Assembly (NCBI RefSeq): GCF_009914755.1
Contig: NC_060932.1
DNA length: 64,000 nt
Reading direction: 5' to 3' (one strand)
From: the human T2T-CHM13v2.0 reference genome, Homo sapiens
Each line of letters starts with the position of its first letter. The stretch's first letter is position 1. Under the pieces are notes generated by a model, which saw nothing but the letters and a program-made list of their open reading frames with translations, was not told the DNA's origin and searched no databases. Position numbers and translations under genes: made by a program. Shown here in pieces: positions 41,180-58,149 of the stretch.

Positions 41180-41930
41180 GTTTTGTGTTTCCAACAATTC
41201 TTACTTCCTGACACCCACTGGATGTCCTACAGTTCGGTCCAATTCTGACACTTCCCAGAGTTAGTGCAGGCCCCACAGGTTAAGGTTTTGATCCCACAAG
41301 ACTGCCTCCACTTCAGATACCGGCCAGAGAATCGCAAATGGGGTCCCCAGGCTACCCATGCTTCTGCCCAGCTGACTACAAATTCAGGGTTCACAAGACC
41401 CCTGCTCAGGTTTGATAATTCACTAGAATGATCCAGAACTCAGGAAAACACTATGCAGTCCTTGATTACCGTTTATTAGAAGGGCTGCACAGGCACAGCC
41501 AGATGGAAGGGATGCACAGAGCAAGCCCTGTGGGAAGGGCGCGGGCTTCCCATGCCCTCCCCAGGAGCCACCCTCCCAGCACCTCCATATGTTCACCAAC
41601 CCAGAAGTTCTCCAAATCTCCTCATTAAAGAGTTTTTACTTAAGTTTTATTATGTGGACATGATTGACCAAACCATCGGCCACAGGTGAATCAATTCAGT
41701 CTCCACCCCTTTTTCTCTCCCCAGAAGTGACGGGGTTTGAAACTTCAACTCCTCCCTTGAAACTCTCTAAGGGCCCACCCTGTCCACATCATTAGCATAG
41801 ACTCAAGTAGGATGTAAAGAGGCCGGTTATGAATAACAAGAGACACTCGTGTCACTGTGGAAATTCCAAGGGTTTTAGGAGCTCTGTGCCAGAAGCTAGG
41901 GACAAAGACCAAATATAGTCTTCACTCTAC
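41180..41930. mobile_element. ERVL-class LTR (MER21-like)
   Basis: gatgtcctacagttc...aattctgacac...cccacaagactgcctccacttcagat...ggaaattccaagggttttaggagctctgtgccag...gggacaaagaccaaatat. Confidence 0.7.
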
Positions 41931-43581
41931 TGCAAGTACCTAGTGTGTTGCAATTAGTTATTGGTACATCTGAAGACAAGTGTCCTGTTCTAGTGATCTC
42001 GGTAGTCTTAGTTCCAACATCTCACGTAGACCCAAGCACACAGTAGATGCTCAATAAATGTTGATCTTCATGGCCCTTTGTGCTCTTCAAATACTTGGTG
42101 GTCTGTGAAATAGGAATACCCAAGCATGGGGCTTTCCCAAGTCTGTGCACCAGAGAATTTTTTTTCCCTGCCCTGTTGCTCCTAAACGAACTGTGAGGAC
42201 ATAGGAGTTTACTACTTATGTGCTCTTTGAGCCTTTGCTCTGATCAACGTCACCTGTATGCAAGAGGTTACCGAAGGCCAGAAAAGTTTGTAAGGCAACC
42301 GCACAGATGCTGCTTCTACCAAAATTAAACAAGGAGAGTCCTCCCAAGCCCTCAGAATATCTGGCCAGTCTTGGATAGTTCAGAGAGTAAAACAAGTTAG
42401 CCAGGTTCTGAATAGGACAAACATTGAGACAGATGCAAACAGAGAGAACTTCCATCTGACCCCTATAAACACCATTTTCTTCTGGCTTGCAGTGACAATG
42501 GAAAGCTTATCCTTTCAGGGAAAAAAAAAAAAAAAAGAATAAACAGTGTTCTCTGTTCTCCAGAAGCCACCTTTATTTTCTACCCTTTTCTCTGACTTTG
42601 GCGATGGTTTGGCATTGTCAGATTTCCTGGGACTCACTGCAGTATGCTGAGGGGGTCTTTGAAACACCCCCAGAAGTGGACCTGAGATGCTTTTCTCATG
42701 ACCACTCTGGGAGCCCAATCCACTGCCCTGAGTGCTCCTGAAGCGGAGGCCCTTGAGGACTGAGAGCCGGGAAATGCAGAACCTGGCCAGGGAGTGAAGA
42801 AATGAATACTGCTGTCAGGGAAGGAAGTAGATGGAGCAAAACTGCAGCCCCGGGGGAGATTCCCTAACCACAGTTCCTCCAGCTGCTCCAACTTCCTGCT
42901 CCACCACCGCCTGGAGTCTGTCCCTGAAGACCTTCCCACAGCCAGCTGAAAGCCCAGGAACCATTTCTCCTTACCTGCTACAGAGGCCATAGGGAACTGA
43001 GAACATTCTGGAGAAGAGGGATCCGCCAGATTTCCCTCTCCGGGACTGGGCTTTTGGGAATGAGTTTCACTTGCACCTCAAGATTTTAGCTCAGTGAGCC
43101 ACGAATAAGAAATTTGTGCAATGTGGGTGCTTCTGGCTTATTCTTCATGAGGAAATGTCAGTTTGAAATGATTTATCTTAGAAGGGAAGAAGTATTTTAT
43201 GTATGAGAATAAGAATTTAAGTAACTTCAGAGATCAGTTAAATGTCAGCTTAAAAGGAAAAGGAGAGGTTCTGGTGGACTAGAGAGAAAAATGCACAAAA
43301 TTGCAGGGTTCACCAGACCAGTTTGCTTTGCTCTCCCTGGCAGTGGAGGCTTGCAGGCTGAAGTTGATTTCTTTATCAGCCTTGGGGTTTCTAGTGTTTT
43401 CTCATCGTATCAGGCCCCTAAAATTAGATCCATTTGCCATCAAAATTATTGACATACTGGGAATTTTGGGAAGCAGAAAGTTGTAAGAGACTCAGAGAAG
43501 AAAATGGTCTATATTTCCAACTTCAAGTGAAACCTATTTAGAGAACACACTCTGCTCTTAGAAGAGCTATTTAAAAGACTA

Positions 43582-44230
43582 GAACCCCTCTGTACTTTTG
43601 GAGGGAATGTAAGATGGTGCCGCCACTATAAAAAATAGTATGGCAGTTCCTCAAAAAATTAAACCTTGGAAGTGCCATATGATTTAGCAATTCTATGTCT
43701 GTGTATATATCCAAGGGATTACAAGCAGAGTCTTGAAGAGATCATTCAAACACCCATATTTATAGCAACACTATTCACAGTAACAAAAAGATGGAACCAC
43801 CACATAGATCCATTGGTGCATGAATGGCTTAAAGAAGATGTGTCATATACTTACTGTGAAATATTATTCACCCTTAAAAAAGAAGGACATTCCTACACAT
43901 ACCACAACAAGGATGCACCTTGAGGAGATTATACTGAGTGAAATAAACCAGTCATAAAAGGGTGAGTATCATGAGATTCCACTTATATGAAGTACTTGGA
44001 GTAGTCAAAATCATAGACACAGAAAGTAGAATGGTTGTTGCCAAGAACTGGTGGGAAAGCGGGAATGGGGAGTTATCGTTTAATGGGTACAAAGTTTCAG
44101 CTTTGCAAGATGAAAAAAAATTCTGGAGATTGGTTGCACAACAGTGTGAATATACTTAACTCTGCTGAACTCTACACTTTAAAATGATCCAGATGGTATG
44201 TTTTATGTTATGTGTATTTTACTGCAGTTT
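43582..44230 (+). mobile_element. L1M 3' end (L1MA/L1MB-type)
   Basis: gaaccctctgtac...ggcagttcctcaaaaaattaaa...ccatatgatttagcaattc...gagtgaaataaaccagtc...atggttgttgcc. Confidence 0.85.
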
Positions 44231-44601
44231 TTCTTTTTTTAAGAAAAGACTAGAATGACCTGGCCTTTGGAGCCACTATTGAGAAGACAGCTTTCCATCT
44301 GTAAGTAGCTGCAGCAGATGGTCTCTCAACCCTATGTCATGCTTCTCTATGACAAGACAGGACAGATCACAGAACAAACACTATTAGCTGATGCCACATG
44401 CTGGGGACTGAAAACCCAAAGGGGGCCAGGATACAGAAGTCCCCTGTTCTCAGGGCACCAAAGGCCAAAATATTTAGATGAAATAATTTCTCTATGAACA
44501 GTACAAAGACTTTTGCGATGTGTATATTCTAAGCCATGTAGCAATGTCTTTCCTGGCTTCCATGGTTTCTCCAGCTCCCCTGACCACTCCTAGGTTGCAC
44601 C

Positions 44602-45269
44602 TGTTACAGGTAGTTAGACAGGCATGAGCAGAACAGGAGAGGACCTTCCCCCACCCACTAGGAATGGCGAGTGACGGTTTGGGAATTATTGTTTTGCCTC
44701 TCTAAAAGTGATAAACTGGCAGCCAGGGCTAGGGAGAGGTCATTCCCTGATGGTCCACACCTATTGCACTAAAGTCTTAACTGAGTGCAGCTGCCAGGGA
44801 GAAGCAACTTCCTGGGCATGTGCATTAAGGGACAAAATGGCAGAGCATGACCTTCTAGGGCACTCCACTGGAAACGGGAAGAAAGTCTCAGATGGGCATG
44901 CGTGCAACTTCCTAAACACACTGTGCATGCTCACTTTCCAAGGGTAAGGAGGGCACTGCACATGTGGGCAGCCCACACAAAGGGAAGAAGCATGGGAAAG
45001 GAGCCAGCCTATAAAGTCCTAGGATCAAGGTTAAATATCGCACTTGACCTCTGTGTCCCACTTGGGTCTCTTCCGAGTGTATTTTCCTTTGTTTCTTGTT
45101 CTAAATCCATTTTAAATAAACTTTCACTCCTGCTCTGAAACTTGCCTCAGTCTCCTTTTCTGCCTTATCCCCTCAGTCGAATTCTTTCTTCTGAGGAGCT
45201 AAGAATTGAGGTTGCCACAGACCTGTACAGATTCACTGCTGGTAACTCAGATACCTTCCACTGGTAACA
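44602..45269 (+). mobile_element. ERV1-class solo LTR (MER50/MER83-like; subfamily uncertain)
   Basis: TGTTAC...GTAACA terminal inverted repeats, 4-bp TSD CACC, TATAAA at ~45010, AATAAA at ~45115. Confidence 0.85.
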
Positions 45270-45349
45270 CACCCAGAAATAAGGTCAAGCATGTACAAGA
45301 TGCCATAAGATACAATTTCCCAAGTGTGTCACTTGGAGCATTGGTCTCA

Positions 45350-45672
<323 letters not shown>

Positions 45673-45741
45673 CAAGCACTCCATGGCCAAAGACTGTTCC
45701 CAGTCGCACTGTGAACACCCCTCAGTGCTGAGGGGCACTCG

Positions 45742-46170
45742 TGTAGAGGCTAAAGTAACTGCATCTTGGATGCTGATCCGCCATGTTGACTTCTAATTAA
45801 CCCCAGTTCCAGGAATGCCTCTAAGGTTTCTATTGTGTCTAGGGTTCCTTGTGTAAGAGCACGTACTTACTGTAAATCCTGCCCTTAGGTCAAAACAACC
45901 TCAACCATAAATCCTGCCCTTGGGCAGATTCCCATAGCATTCTTGCTTTTCCCTGAGGTGTCAGCTTCAGCTTCTTTTTCTATGGTATATAGGTTTTGAG
46001 TTTGAGAGGTAATGCTCAGCAGATCCACCATCTTGTCACAGTCATGGTTTCTGTTTCTAAGTCCTTATTAAAGGTTTCCTTCTGAGAAATGGATATGTCA
46101 GCCTCTTTCTTGAGCCTCTCAGTTTCCTCAGACTTTGAGGTAGGTTTGCATAGACCTGCCCACTGAAACA
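45742..46170 (+). mobile_element. Solo LTR (LTR47-like, ERVL class; subfamily uncertain)
   Basis: TG...CA ends; near-perfect 5-bp TSD ACTCG/ACTCC; internal TATATA and ATTAAA. Confidence 0.7.
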
Positions 46171-46894
46171 ACTCCGCGCTGAGCAACCCTGGGAATGCAG
46201 CTTTTATGCTTCCTGGTGTGTTTGATCCTGGCTGGACTGGGTTGCCTCTTGGAGTTAGGGTGGAATCTTGCTTTCCTTCCTCCCCTTGGAGTGGTTGGTA
46301 CCCAGTAGGTATTCAGGGCACATGAGCTACTGTCCTTCACACCTGTCTTCCTGCCAAGATAAGGAAGGAGTTTACCCAGTTGGAAATTAGCTCTCTGACT
46401 GGCCTAGGGTGGAAAGTAATGAAGCCAGGCTGACTTTTCTCACAAGTCTTCTGGTTCTTCACCTCTGTAGGTGAAGATGTGTAGATGACCTGAGATTTGA
46501 CAAGGAGCGGTGAGGCTGAGGCACTGCTGGGGAACCAACAGTGCAAAGGCAGCCAGCAGAGCCAGCTGTGGCTCCAGAGAAGCTGAGCAGAGATCCTGGG
46601 GACAGGGAGTGAGGCCACACCAACAATTCTAGGCCTTCCAAACCAGCCCAGCTGTTAATGCAGACACTCCCTAGTAAGAAACAGAACACCTCTGGGCTCC
46701 AAGGTATTTGGGCCACGTTTTCTTGGGCATACTCGTATCCTTGACTATAACAGCCCAACCACACGTCAGTACAACCCACCTGTTGCTACATCTACAGGCA
46801 ATTCTTGGCACTTTGTTATTCATGATCCAGGCACTTACAGTCATCAGGCAAAACTTTCCGTTCATTTTCTTTCTTTTTGGTAGCTTTACCTTGT

Positions 46895-47370
<476 letters not shown>

Positions 47371-47819
47371 CTCCCTGTCAATTTTTAACTGTGTATCATC
47401 TCATTTATGCATTTTCCTCTACCCATGTGCCTTCCTCCACCTCTACACTTGACATCCTCTTGGATTCACTGTCTCCCTGGCGATCCCTGGGCTCTGGCCA
47501 TGCATTCCTACTGCTTTCCCAACTCCAACATTGGCTCCCAAGTTCACTCAGCTCCCATTTCCCTGGGCCTAGCTCAGGCCTTACTCCTTCCACAGAGTCC
47601 CAGAATTGGCCAGGTGGAAGTGTCATCTCTTTCCCTCCACTGAACTCTCGGCATGCAGGGTCCCTTGCTAGACTCACTCACTGTGCACATGACAGCTGAA
47701 GGCAGCTGCGAGACAGGGGCTGTACCTTATTCATCTTTGCATTCCTCCTCCCAAGTGCCACAGCCCCATGCCTGGCACACAATTTGTGCTCAGAAAATGT
47801 TAACTGAAGAATGCATGCC

Positions 47820-48700
47820 ACTCAACAACAAAAATTCAAACGCCCAAGTAGAAGGTTGGCAGAAGACTTGAATATATATTTCTCCAAAGGAGATATATAA
47901 ATGGCTAAAAAGCACTTGAAAAGACACTCAACATCATTAGTCATTAGAAAAATACAAATCAAAACCACAATGAGATACCACTTCACACCCACTAAGGTGG
48001 TTATAATAATATTTTTTGAAAAACAGAAAATAGGTGTTGGCAAGGATGTGGAGAAATTTGAACACTTGTTCATTGGTGATGGGAATGTAAAATGGTGTAT
48101 CTGCTGTGGAAATCTGTTTGGTGGTGCCTCAAAAAGTTAAACACAGAATTATCAAATGATCCAGCAATTCCACTCCTAGCTATATACCCAAAAGAATTAA
48201 AAATACATATTCAAATAAAAGTTTGTAAACAAATGTTTGTAGCAGCACTATTCACAATAGTTAAAAGGTGGAAACAATCCAAATGTCTGTCAGTGTATGA
48301 AGAGATAAAGAAAATGTGGTACATCCATATAATGGGATATTATTCGGCCATAAAAAGGAATGAAGTACTATACCTGTTATAGCATGAATGAGCCTTGAAA
48401 ACATTATGCTTAATAAAAGAAGCCAGACAAAAAAGACCTTATATTATATACAATTCCATTTATATGAAATGTTCGGAATAGGCAAAACCTATAGAGACAG
48501 AAAGATCAGTGGTTATGCAGGACCAGATGTGGAAAGATGGGAGTGTGACAGCTAAAGGGTATGGGGTTCCTCTTTGGGGTGATAAAATTGTTCTGAAATT
48601 GACTGTGGTGATGGTTGCATGTATATGTGACTATACTAAAAATCATTGAATCACACTTCTTAAATGGGTAAATTGTATAGTATGTAAATTATATTCCAAT
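47820..48700 (+). mobile_element. L1MB-type ORF2 end and 3'UTR
   Basis: ORF fragments KHLKRHSTSLVIRKIQIKTTMRYHFTP and LWKSVWWCLKKLNTELSNDPAIPLLAIYPKE are L1 ORF2 C-terminal motifs. Confidence 0.9.
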
Positions 48701-48994
48701 AGAGCATTTTCTTAAAGGCAGAATGAATGAACATATTTAATAAACTTTCAACATTCAAGTTTTAGCATTCGTGTCTAAGAATATGCATGTAATACCCCAG
48801 AGTTCTATGATATGCCATCATTTAAAATTGCTGAGGTCCAATTTGAATTCCATAAGCCAAGAGGCTGCCATACTCTAGGGAGTCCCTGGGCCAAGTGGGG
48901 AGACTGGATGCCAGCCATATTCCTTCACCCATGCAACATCAGTGTGCTTTATAAATTAAGGTAAAAGAGCAGAGATACAAACTCTAATACTACC

Positions 48995-49308
48995 TTTTTT
49001 TTCCTTTTTTTTTTTTTTTTTTTTTTTGAGATGGAGTCTCACTATGTCGTCCAAGCTGGAGGGCAGTGGTGCCGTCTTGGCTCACTGCAACCTCTGCCTC
49101 CCAGGTTTAAGCGATCCTCCAGCCTCAGCCTTCCAAGTAGCTAGGATTACAAGCATGCGCCACCATGCTCGGCTGATTTTTGTATTTTTAGTAGAGATGG
49201 GATTTCACCATGTTGGCCAGGATGATCTCAAACTCCTGACCTCAGGTGATCCACCCATCTCGGCCTCCCAGAGTGCTGGGATTACAGGCGTGAGCCACCA
49301 GGCCCAGC
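48995..49308 (-). mobile_element. AluS
   Basis: Antisense dimer; TSD ctctaatac(t/c)ac. Confidence 0.9.
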
Positions 49309-49959
49309 CTCTAATACCACTTTCTTTTTGGGGAAAAAATGGCCCTGATTGGGGTGGGAAGAAGATAGCCATAAAGTCAGTAAGTATAAACAGATGATGC
49401 TGTTCACTATTTTAGAGTTTCATGAAAGTCTTTGAGTTTTCATGTGAAATATAGAGATTCTAACATTTAGAACCCTGGCTTTTAGAGAAGGGAGGAAGTC
49501 ATCATGAATCTAGAGGCAGAATGTCTAGATTTGCTGTGCTCATCCCAGGAAAGTAACTCCAAGTTAGTATTAGAACACCAACAAAGCACACTAGCTGGAG
49601 ATAAAGACTTTTCCAGGCAGGTAGCAAGCCTTTGGGGCCAAGGATAGCCAATCCTAGGCAACTGAACCTCACCTTTGGCACTGGAGTTGGTTAGGAACAA
49701 ATTGGGGAATGAGACTTTGCTGGTGAAGGCCGTGCTGAATTGATAAAGTAAGATTGGTAGACAAGGAAATATGACAGCAATGGCACATTGATTCTCTTGC
49801 ACTTATAGCCAACCACTGCATATTTATGGAATAACAAAACTAATTATTCTTTCTTGGTATGGTTGCTGAAACTATTAGTTCTTTCCCAAACCTGTTTCAC
49901 ATCCCCCATCTCTTTAAAACAGCTGGGTGAGAGGCCACAGACTAGAAAACTGCAGTAAA

Positions 49960-51800
<1,841 letters not shown>

Positions 51801-51807
51801 AGAAGTA

Positions 51808-52022
51808 AAAAGATAAAAAGAAGGGAAAAGGAAGGGAGAGGAAGAAGAGAGAGAAAGAGGAAGAAGAGAGAGAGAGAGGAAGTAAGAGAAGACAAGGAAG
51901 GAAGGAAGGAGAGGAAGAAAGAGAGAGAAAGAAAATAAACGAAGAGATGAAGAAAGGAAGGAGAGGAAGAAAGAGAGAGAAAATAAAGGAAGAGATGAAG
52001 AAAGGAAGGAAAGAAAGAGAAA
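51808..52022. repeat. GA-rich polypurine low-complexity tract
   Basis: ~210 nt of almost only A/G, with an internal duplicated block (gaagagatgaagaaaggaagga). Confidence 0.9.
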
Positions 52023-53773
52023 CGAATCTCTTCCTGGTGTTTGCTTTCTAAATCCTGAGAACTTGACTCCTTAGAGAAAGGGGACACACAGACAAATTTC
52101 TTGGGTTCAGGGGGTTTAAGGAAGATGAAGTGATCCCACTCACCCCTGACACTGTGAAAATATTCAAATACACACAGGGCTAGCAGATGAAGAGAAGAAA
52201 CTCAGAGAGGAGTAGTCAAAAAAAACTATGGATTTTGTGGTCTCTAAATAAAGAACCCCTGCCCCTGCCCTTGCCCTGTGCAGAGCCCTGGGGAAGTGGC
52301 AATAACCAAGGCAATTATTTGGAATTTGAGCATAGAAGAGACCCATACCCCTCTCCCAGGGACACTGTTTGGGCTACCTGCTGCCTTAGAGGACACAGAG
52401 GCGGTAAACAGCTCCTGGGCCCCCAGTCAGTTCTCCAGCATGATTTGTGTTCTGAGTGTGGAGCTAGACAAAGCCACTAGAGAAGTGCAGAATCCAACTG
52501 GGTGTCATTAAATAGCTGAGAGTTGTCGTCCCATTAGACAGGAAGGATATATGGGGATGGGATACACTTGCAGGGAATTCTGAACAGAATCAGGCAATAA
52601 ATAATGCAAAGCAACCTAGATATAAGGAGTTAGAAACTCAAACCGGGTGGGAGACTTAGGCAATAGAATCACGTGAACTCTAGAGACTCCAGCCCCTCTC
52701 TGCAGGCAAGGAGTTCCGTTATGATTGTTCAACTTGCCTGTGAGTGTTATGAGGAAAACTGGATCTTGGTCCACAGCAAAATCTGCTGTATCACCTCAGT
52801 CCACTGAGACGGAAACTGCAACTTGCTTACTGTTCAAGTTGTTGAATGTTTCCTCTATGAGTCTCTGTTGACCTTGGGAAGGGTTCAGATTGAGTATTAA
52901 TGCTTTTCTGTTAGGTTTAGCAACAATCTGTTTATATTAGGCATTTTGAGGGTTTGTAATGTTTAAGAGGAGTGGCATTAAATAATCTAATATATTAGCC
53001 TCATGATTCCAATTTTAAAAGTGTTATTGAGTAATTGTTTAGATTTGTGATTTTACTAGGTTTGTAAACAATATTGGAATGTTCATGAGAACTTGAGATG
53101 CACTGTATTTTAAAGTTTAATTTATTATACTTACTAGAATTGTTTAAGTGTTTGGGAATGTTCTGATTGTTAGGGATTTTGAGTGTTTGTAAATGAATTC
53201 AAATATACTAAATTTATAAGTCCAGTTTAAAATATATAAGGGGATTTAATTAACTAAGATGTAAAAAGCCCCCTTAAAAGTGATTGTTAAAATTTATTAG
53301 ATTTATAAATAAAATAATGAGAGTTGTCCGTTGACATGAAAAGCTTATAGAAAATGAGAGTTCTTTTCAATGTATTAAATAAATTGAATATAATTTTTGA
53401 AAAATAACTACAAATAGAATCTCTCCTTTCACACACAAAGCTCCCCTCAAGGAGATTTAAACAATCAACTTGTGGTGCCCACAGCACCTTACAGAAGTGG
53501 CACAGGGGCTGCTGAGGGGGCATGCATGTGAGAAAGAGGGACACCTGGGGACAAGCTGACATCAAGGGCAGGTGTTCCTGTCCATAATCCCTGCAGTGCA
53601 CAGGCACAGAAACTCCCTGGATTTTTTTCCCCACCTTCTTATGAATATTTCCAAATATGCAAAATCTTGAAAACATAGTACAATGAACATCCATTTATCC
53701 ACCACCCAGATTCAACAGTGGCAAACTTTTTGTCACAGTGGTTTATTTACTTCTAACTAGATCTATCGGTCTG

Positions 53774-53827
<54 letters not shown>

Positions 53828-53840
53828 ATCTATCTATCTA
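53774..53840. repeat. (TCTA)13 TCA (TCTA)3 tetranucleotide STR
   Basis: Direct count. Confidence 0.95.
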
Positions 53841-53877
53841 CATATAGAACTATTTCAATCATTGGCAGATATTATGA

Positions 53878-54118
53878 CTTTTTTTTTTTTTTTTTTTAGA
53901 TGGAGTCTCACTCCGTCATCCAGGCTGGAGTGCAATGGTGCGATCTCGGCTCACTGCAACCTCGGCCTCTTAGGTTCAAGCAATTCTCCTGCCTCAGCCC
54001 CCCCGAGTAGCTGGGACTGTAGGCGTGCGCCACCATACCCAGATAATTTTTGTATTTTTAGTAGAGACGGGGTTTCACCATGTTGACCAGGCTGGTCTCG
54101 AACTCCTTACCTCAGGTT
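53878..54118 (-). mobile_element. 5'-truncated AluS inside an old antisense L1 (approx. 53620-54790)
   Basis: Alu ends at ctcaggt; L1MC/ME-like flanks. Confidence 0.8.
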
Positions 54119-55029
54119 ATCTCATGACATTTTATCTCAAAGTGCTTTAGTATAAATCTCCTGGATGTTTTATTTTATAATCATAATGTTACATCACACC
54201 TGACAATGCTAACAATTTCCTATTGTCATCTAAATCCCAGTTCCAATTCAGACATGTCCAAATGATGGGTTTCTTCTTCTTTTGAGTCTGGTTTATTTAA
54301 TTCATGTTATGTTTTTGAGATACATTTATGTCATATAGTACATTCTGCTTTATAGCTGTATAATATTTCATTATATTATATACATGTTTATAGATCCATT
54401 CAGCTGGTTATCTATATTATTATTGTTTCTAGTTTCTGCCTACTCAGATGATTTTTTCTAACAACATTCCAAGCAAATCATTATGCATCACATGTATCTT
54501 TATATCGTTTTAATCTAAAACAAGCTTTCACCTTTATAATTATTTTTCTGAAACTAATGTGTGTTCAGTGGCTAGGACAGTTGTCATGAAAAATGTCCTA
54601 AATTCTGAATTTGTCAGCTTTTCCTTCATAGCATTGTTTTAACATGTTTCTCTGTTTCTGGTTTTCTTGTAAACTAACAAAAGGCTTGTTTAGGTTCAGG
54701 TTAAATATTTTTGGCAAGAATACTTCCTAAGTAATGGTGTGTACTGAATATTGAATCACATCAGGAGACACCTAATAACAGGTTGCCTCACTACAACTGA
54801 GTTAAGCTCAGGCGATGCGCTTGGTAAGTGCCTGGAACACAGAAAACGCAAAATAAATATGATCTATTATTAACCCCACTCCACAGATGGGAAAACTGAG
54901 ACTCCCACACTTTCAGCTAACTTTCTTCAGGTAACCTGGTTTTCAAGTGACAAAGCTGGAACTCAGACCTGAGCCCTCAGATTCATGACCCAAAATTACA
55001 GCTTCTTAAAGCTAATGGATACCTTACAA

Positions 55030-55410
55030 GTCATTCATTCACTTATTAGTTCATCTAGCAAATATTTAATGAAAGTCTACTATGAGATAAATGGTTAGGC
55101 ACCATCTCAGGCACTGGGGGTACAGTGGTGACAAATCAAGTCCCCAGGGAACTATGCTGTAGTAGATGGAGAAGGGCAGCAAACACAAGAAATAAGACAA
55201 TTATAGAAGATGTTACATGACTTGGAGGGAAATACAGCAGGGTCAGGGGATGGAATGGGTGTCACTGAAAAGGTAATTTCAAAGCAAAGGCTTGCGTGAG
55301 GTGACAGTGTGAGCCACAGAGAAGTCTGGGGGAGAGTGTTCTAAGCAAAGGAAACCGCCAGTGCAAAGGCCCTGAGGCAGGAGCATAGCAGCCATATTTG
55401 AGGAACTTTG
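55030..55410 (+). mobile_element. L2 fragment
   Basis: cattcattcac...aatatttaatg...caggcactgggggtacagtggtgac...gtgcaaaggccctgaggcagga. Confidence 0.75.
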
Positions 55411-55784
55411 AGGAGTAGTCCCTCCAGCCCCCAGCCCTGAGTTTATCCAACAGAAGAGTCCCCTCACAGCTGATCACAGATATGAAGACACAGGGACATA
55501 TTCCTTTGCTTCTTTAGAGTCCATGGATGGGTCCCTACTCACACATGCACAGGCGCATTTGTGCTTCCCTCTTGCCAACCTGTCCAAAGGATCCTCCCAA
55601 GGCCCAATCACATGGGGTGGGATTCTTTGTACCTCTACAAAGAGAAGATGAGGGAAGAGCAGCATGTCACAGGAGTACAAAGGAGATGTGCACAGATTTG
55701 GAGGCTGCAAGCATTTGTGTCGGAGTTTGAGGCCAATGCCATGTATAGGAGCTGGAGCATCACCTCCTCCCTTTCCCTCCCTGA

Positions 55785-56157
<373 letters not shown>

Positions 56158-56944
56158 GTAATTCTTGAGAGATAACACGAGGAGTGCAGTGACTAGCAGG
56201 CTGAATGATCCACTAGTTTAAATCGATAAGTAGGTAGATTAGAGGTGAATCCTCGTAGAGGAACTTGGATTTGAAGCTGTGGGAAAATTGAGTTTCCAGT
56301 CACTGCAGACCTGCACCCCTAATTTGCCACACTGGAACCTGGTAGATTCCGTAGCACATACTGGGAGGCAGCTCTGGAACTCCTCAGAGGAGAGTAGGGA
56401 GCCTATGTGTGTCTTCAGCCTGCCCTGGAAGTGCCCAGGAATCTTCCTGTGTTGGGTCTGGGTTTTCAGGATGGATTTCTACACGTATCTGTGGAACTGA
56501 GAGTGTGGACTAGACTCTCTCGGGTCAATCATTGGAAAAGTCAGATTAAAGGCCAGTGAGTTCATTAGACCCCACTATTACAAACAAGGACAAAGCTACA
56601 AGTAGGTAGCCGGGATTTGGACCAGAGCCCTTGCTTTCACGGCCTGCCTAGCTCCAGGAGCTGGCTGAAAGGGATCCCTAGGTGGTTAACCTACTCTGCT
56701 GTGAGCATGAAGGGCACCCAGACACTTTTTTAGACCAGACCTGGTGACACAGCCATGGGCAACTCCCCCCGCCCTCCATCTCCCACTCCATTCAGTACCT
56801 TGCTTCCTTTCACCAGCAAGAATGTGCTCCACCATCTCAAACAGCTGTTGCTCGCTGTAGTCAGGAAAAAAAGGCTACAAAAGGGATAAAGTAGTTCAAA
56901 GTGATTTTCTTCTCTTCCTACAAAGTAAGAATTTTCCTGCCTAA

Positions 56945-57110
56945 GTTTTTTTTTCCAGCTTTTAAGTTCGGGGGTACGTATGCAGGAGGTGCAGATTTGT
57001 TACATAGATAAATGTGTGCCTTGGCGATTAGCTGCACAGATCATCCCACCACCCAGGTATTAAGCCCAGCGTCCACTATTCTTCCTGATCCTCTCCCTCC
57101 TCCCACCCCT
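56945..57110 (-). mobile_element. Short L1PA 3'-end fragment
   Basis: ttttaagttcgggggtacgtatgcaggaggtgcagatttgttacatag...cccaggtattaagcccagc. Confidence 0.85.
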
Positions 57111-57689
57111 AACACATGCCTAAGAATTTTGAGGCCTGAAATGAGGGTGTGAGGAATCAAGGGAGCTGAAGGAATCACGGATGCGGCAGAGGAAGCCATC
57201 CTTAGGAGAGGCTCATGGCACATTTCTCTAGAAGAGGTTCCTGGGATGTTTGGATTAGGTTGGCTAAGCCGCATGCTGAAGGGACTGGGGTGGGATTCAG
57301 AGATAAGGCAGGGAGGCCTGTGCTGGAGGAAGAAACAGATTTTCCCCTCTGTCCTGCAGTGCCCAGGCAGCTGTGGTCTGGGGGGTTACACTGGCCTTTC
57401 ATATTTGACTTCTCCCATTCTGCGTTCCAGGCCTATGTCTGATGATCAGAGGTGCACAGTTTTTAAAAGGTTTTATCAAAGTCTTGCTTGGACACAAGAT
57501 GAGCTATTAAATGAGACCATGCTCTTTTTGCTTTGAAGATTGGTACAGACAAATAGCAGATAAGAGAGTTCCTATGTAGTTCAAATGGAAGACGGTCCAT
57601 AAAGAACTCCGAGGAGGCTTTTGGGCAGAAGAACAAACATGAACTTGATAGCCCATGTCCATCCGAAGCTGAAATACGAAATGCTGGGG

Positions 57690-57900
57690 ATAATGATAGC
57701 CGACCCTGACTGAGTGTTGGCTTTTAGATATTAACTCATCTAATCTTCATGACAACCCTGCGAGGCAGTTACTATTATTAAACTCAGTTACAGACATGAA
57801 ACTGAGGCAGAGACATTGACTCATGTAGCCCAAGGTCATAGTTAGATAAGGTAGAGCCAGGACTGGGATGCCAGTAGTCTGGTTTCAGTCTGTTCCCTTA
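57690..57900 (+). mobile_element. MIR
   Basis: aactcatctaatcttcatgacaaccctg...gaaactgaggcagag...cccaaggtcata. Confidence 0.75.
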
Positions 57901-58149
57901 GTTACTCCCATATCTCATGTGCTATCCCTCTGAGCCAGGTACCACTGTCCCTGTATAACAGACCGGGGCGGTCTCCAATTCCTGGGCCCACTTGGAGGTA
58001 AAATAGGACCCAGGAAGCCAATCCCACGCCCTGGTATGAAGGGAAAACCAGGGAGGAAACATGGAACTCTCCAAATACATTTCCCTGTACTGTACAACCT
58101 CAGACAAGGCCATCAAACTAAGTCCTGCCCCTGGTTCAACAACACACAG

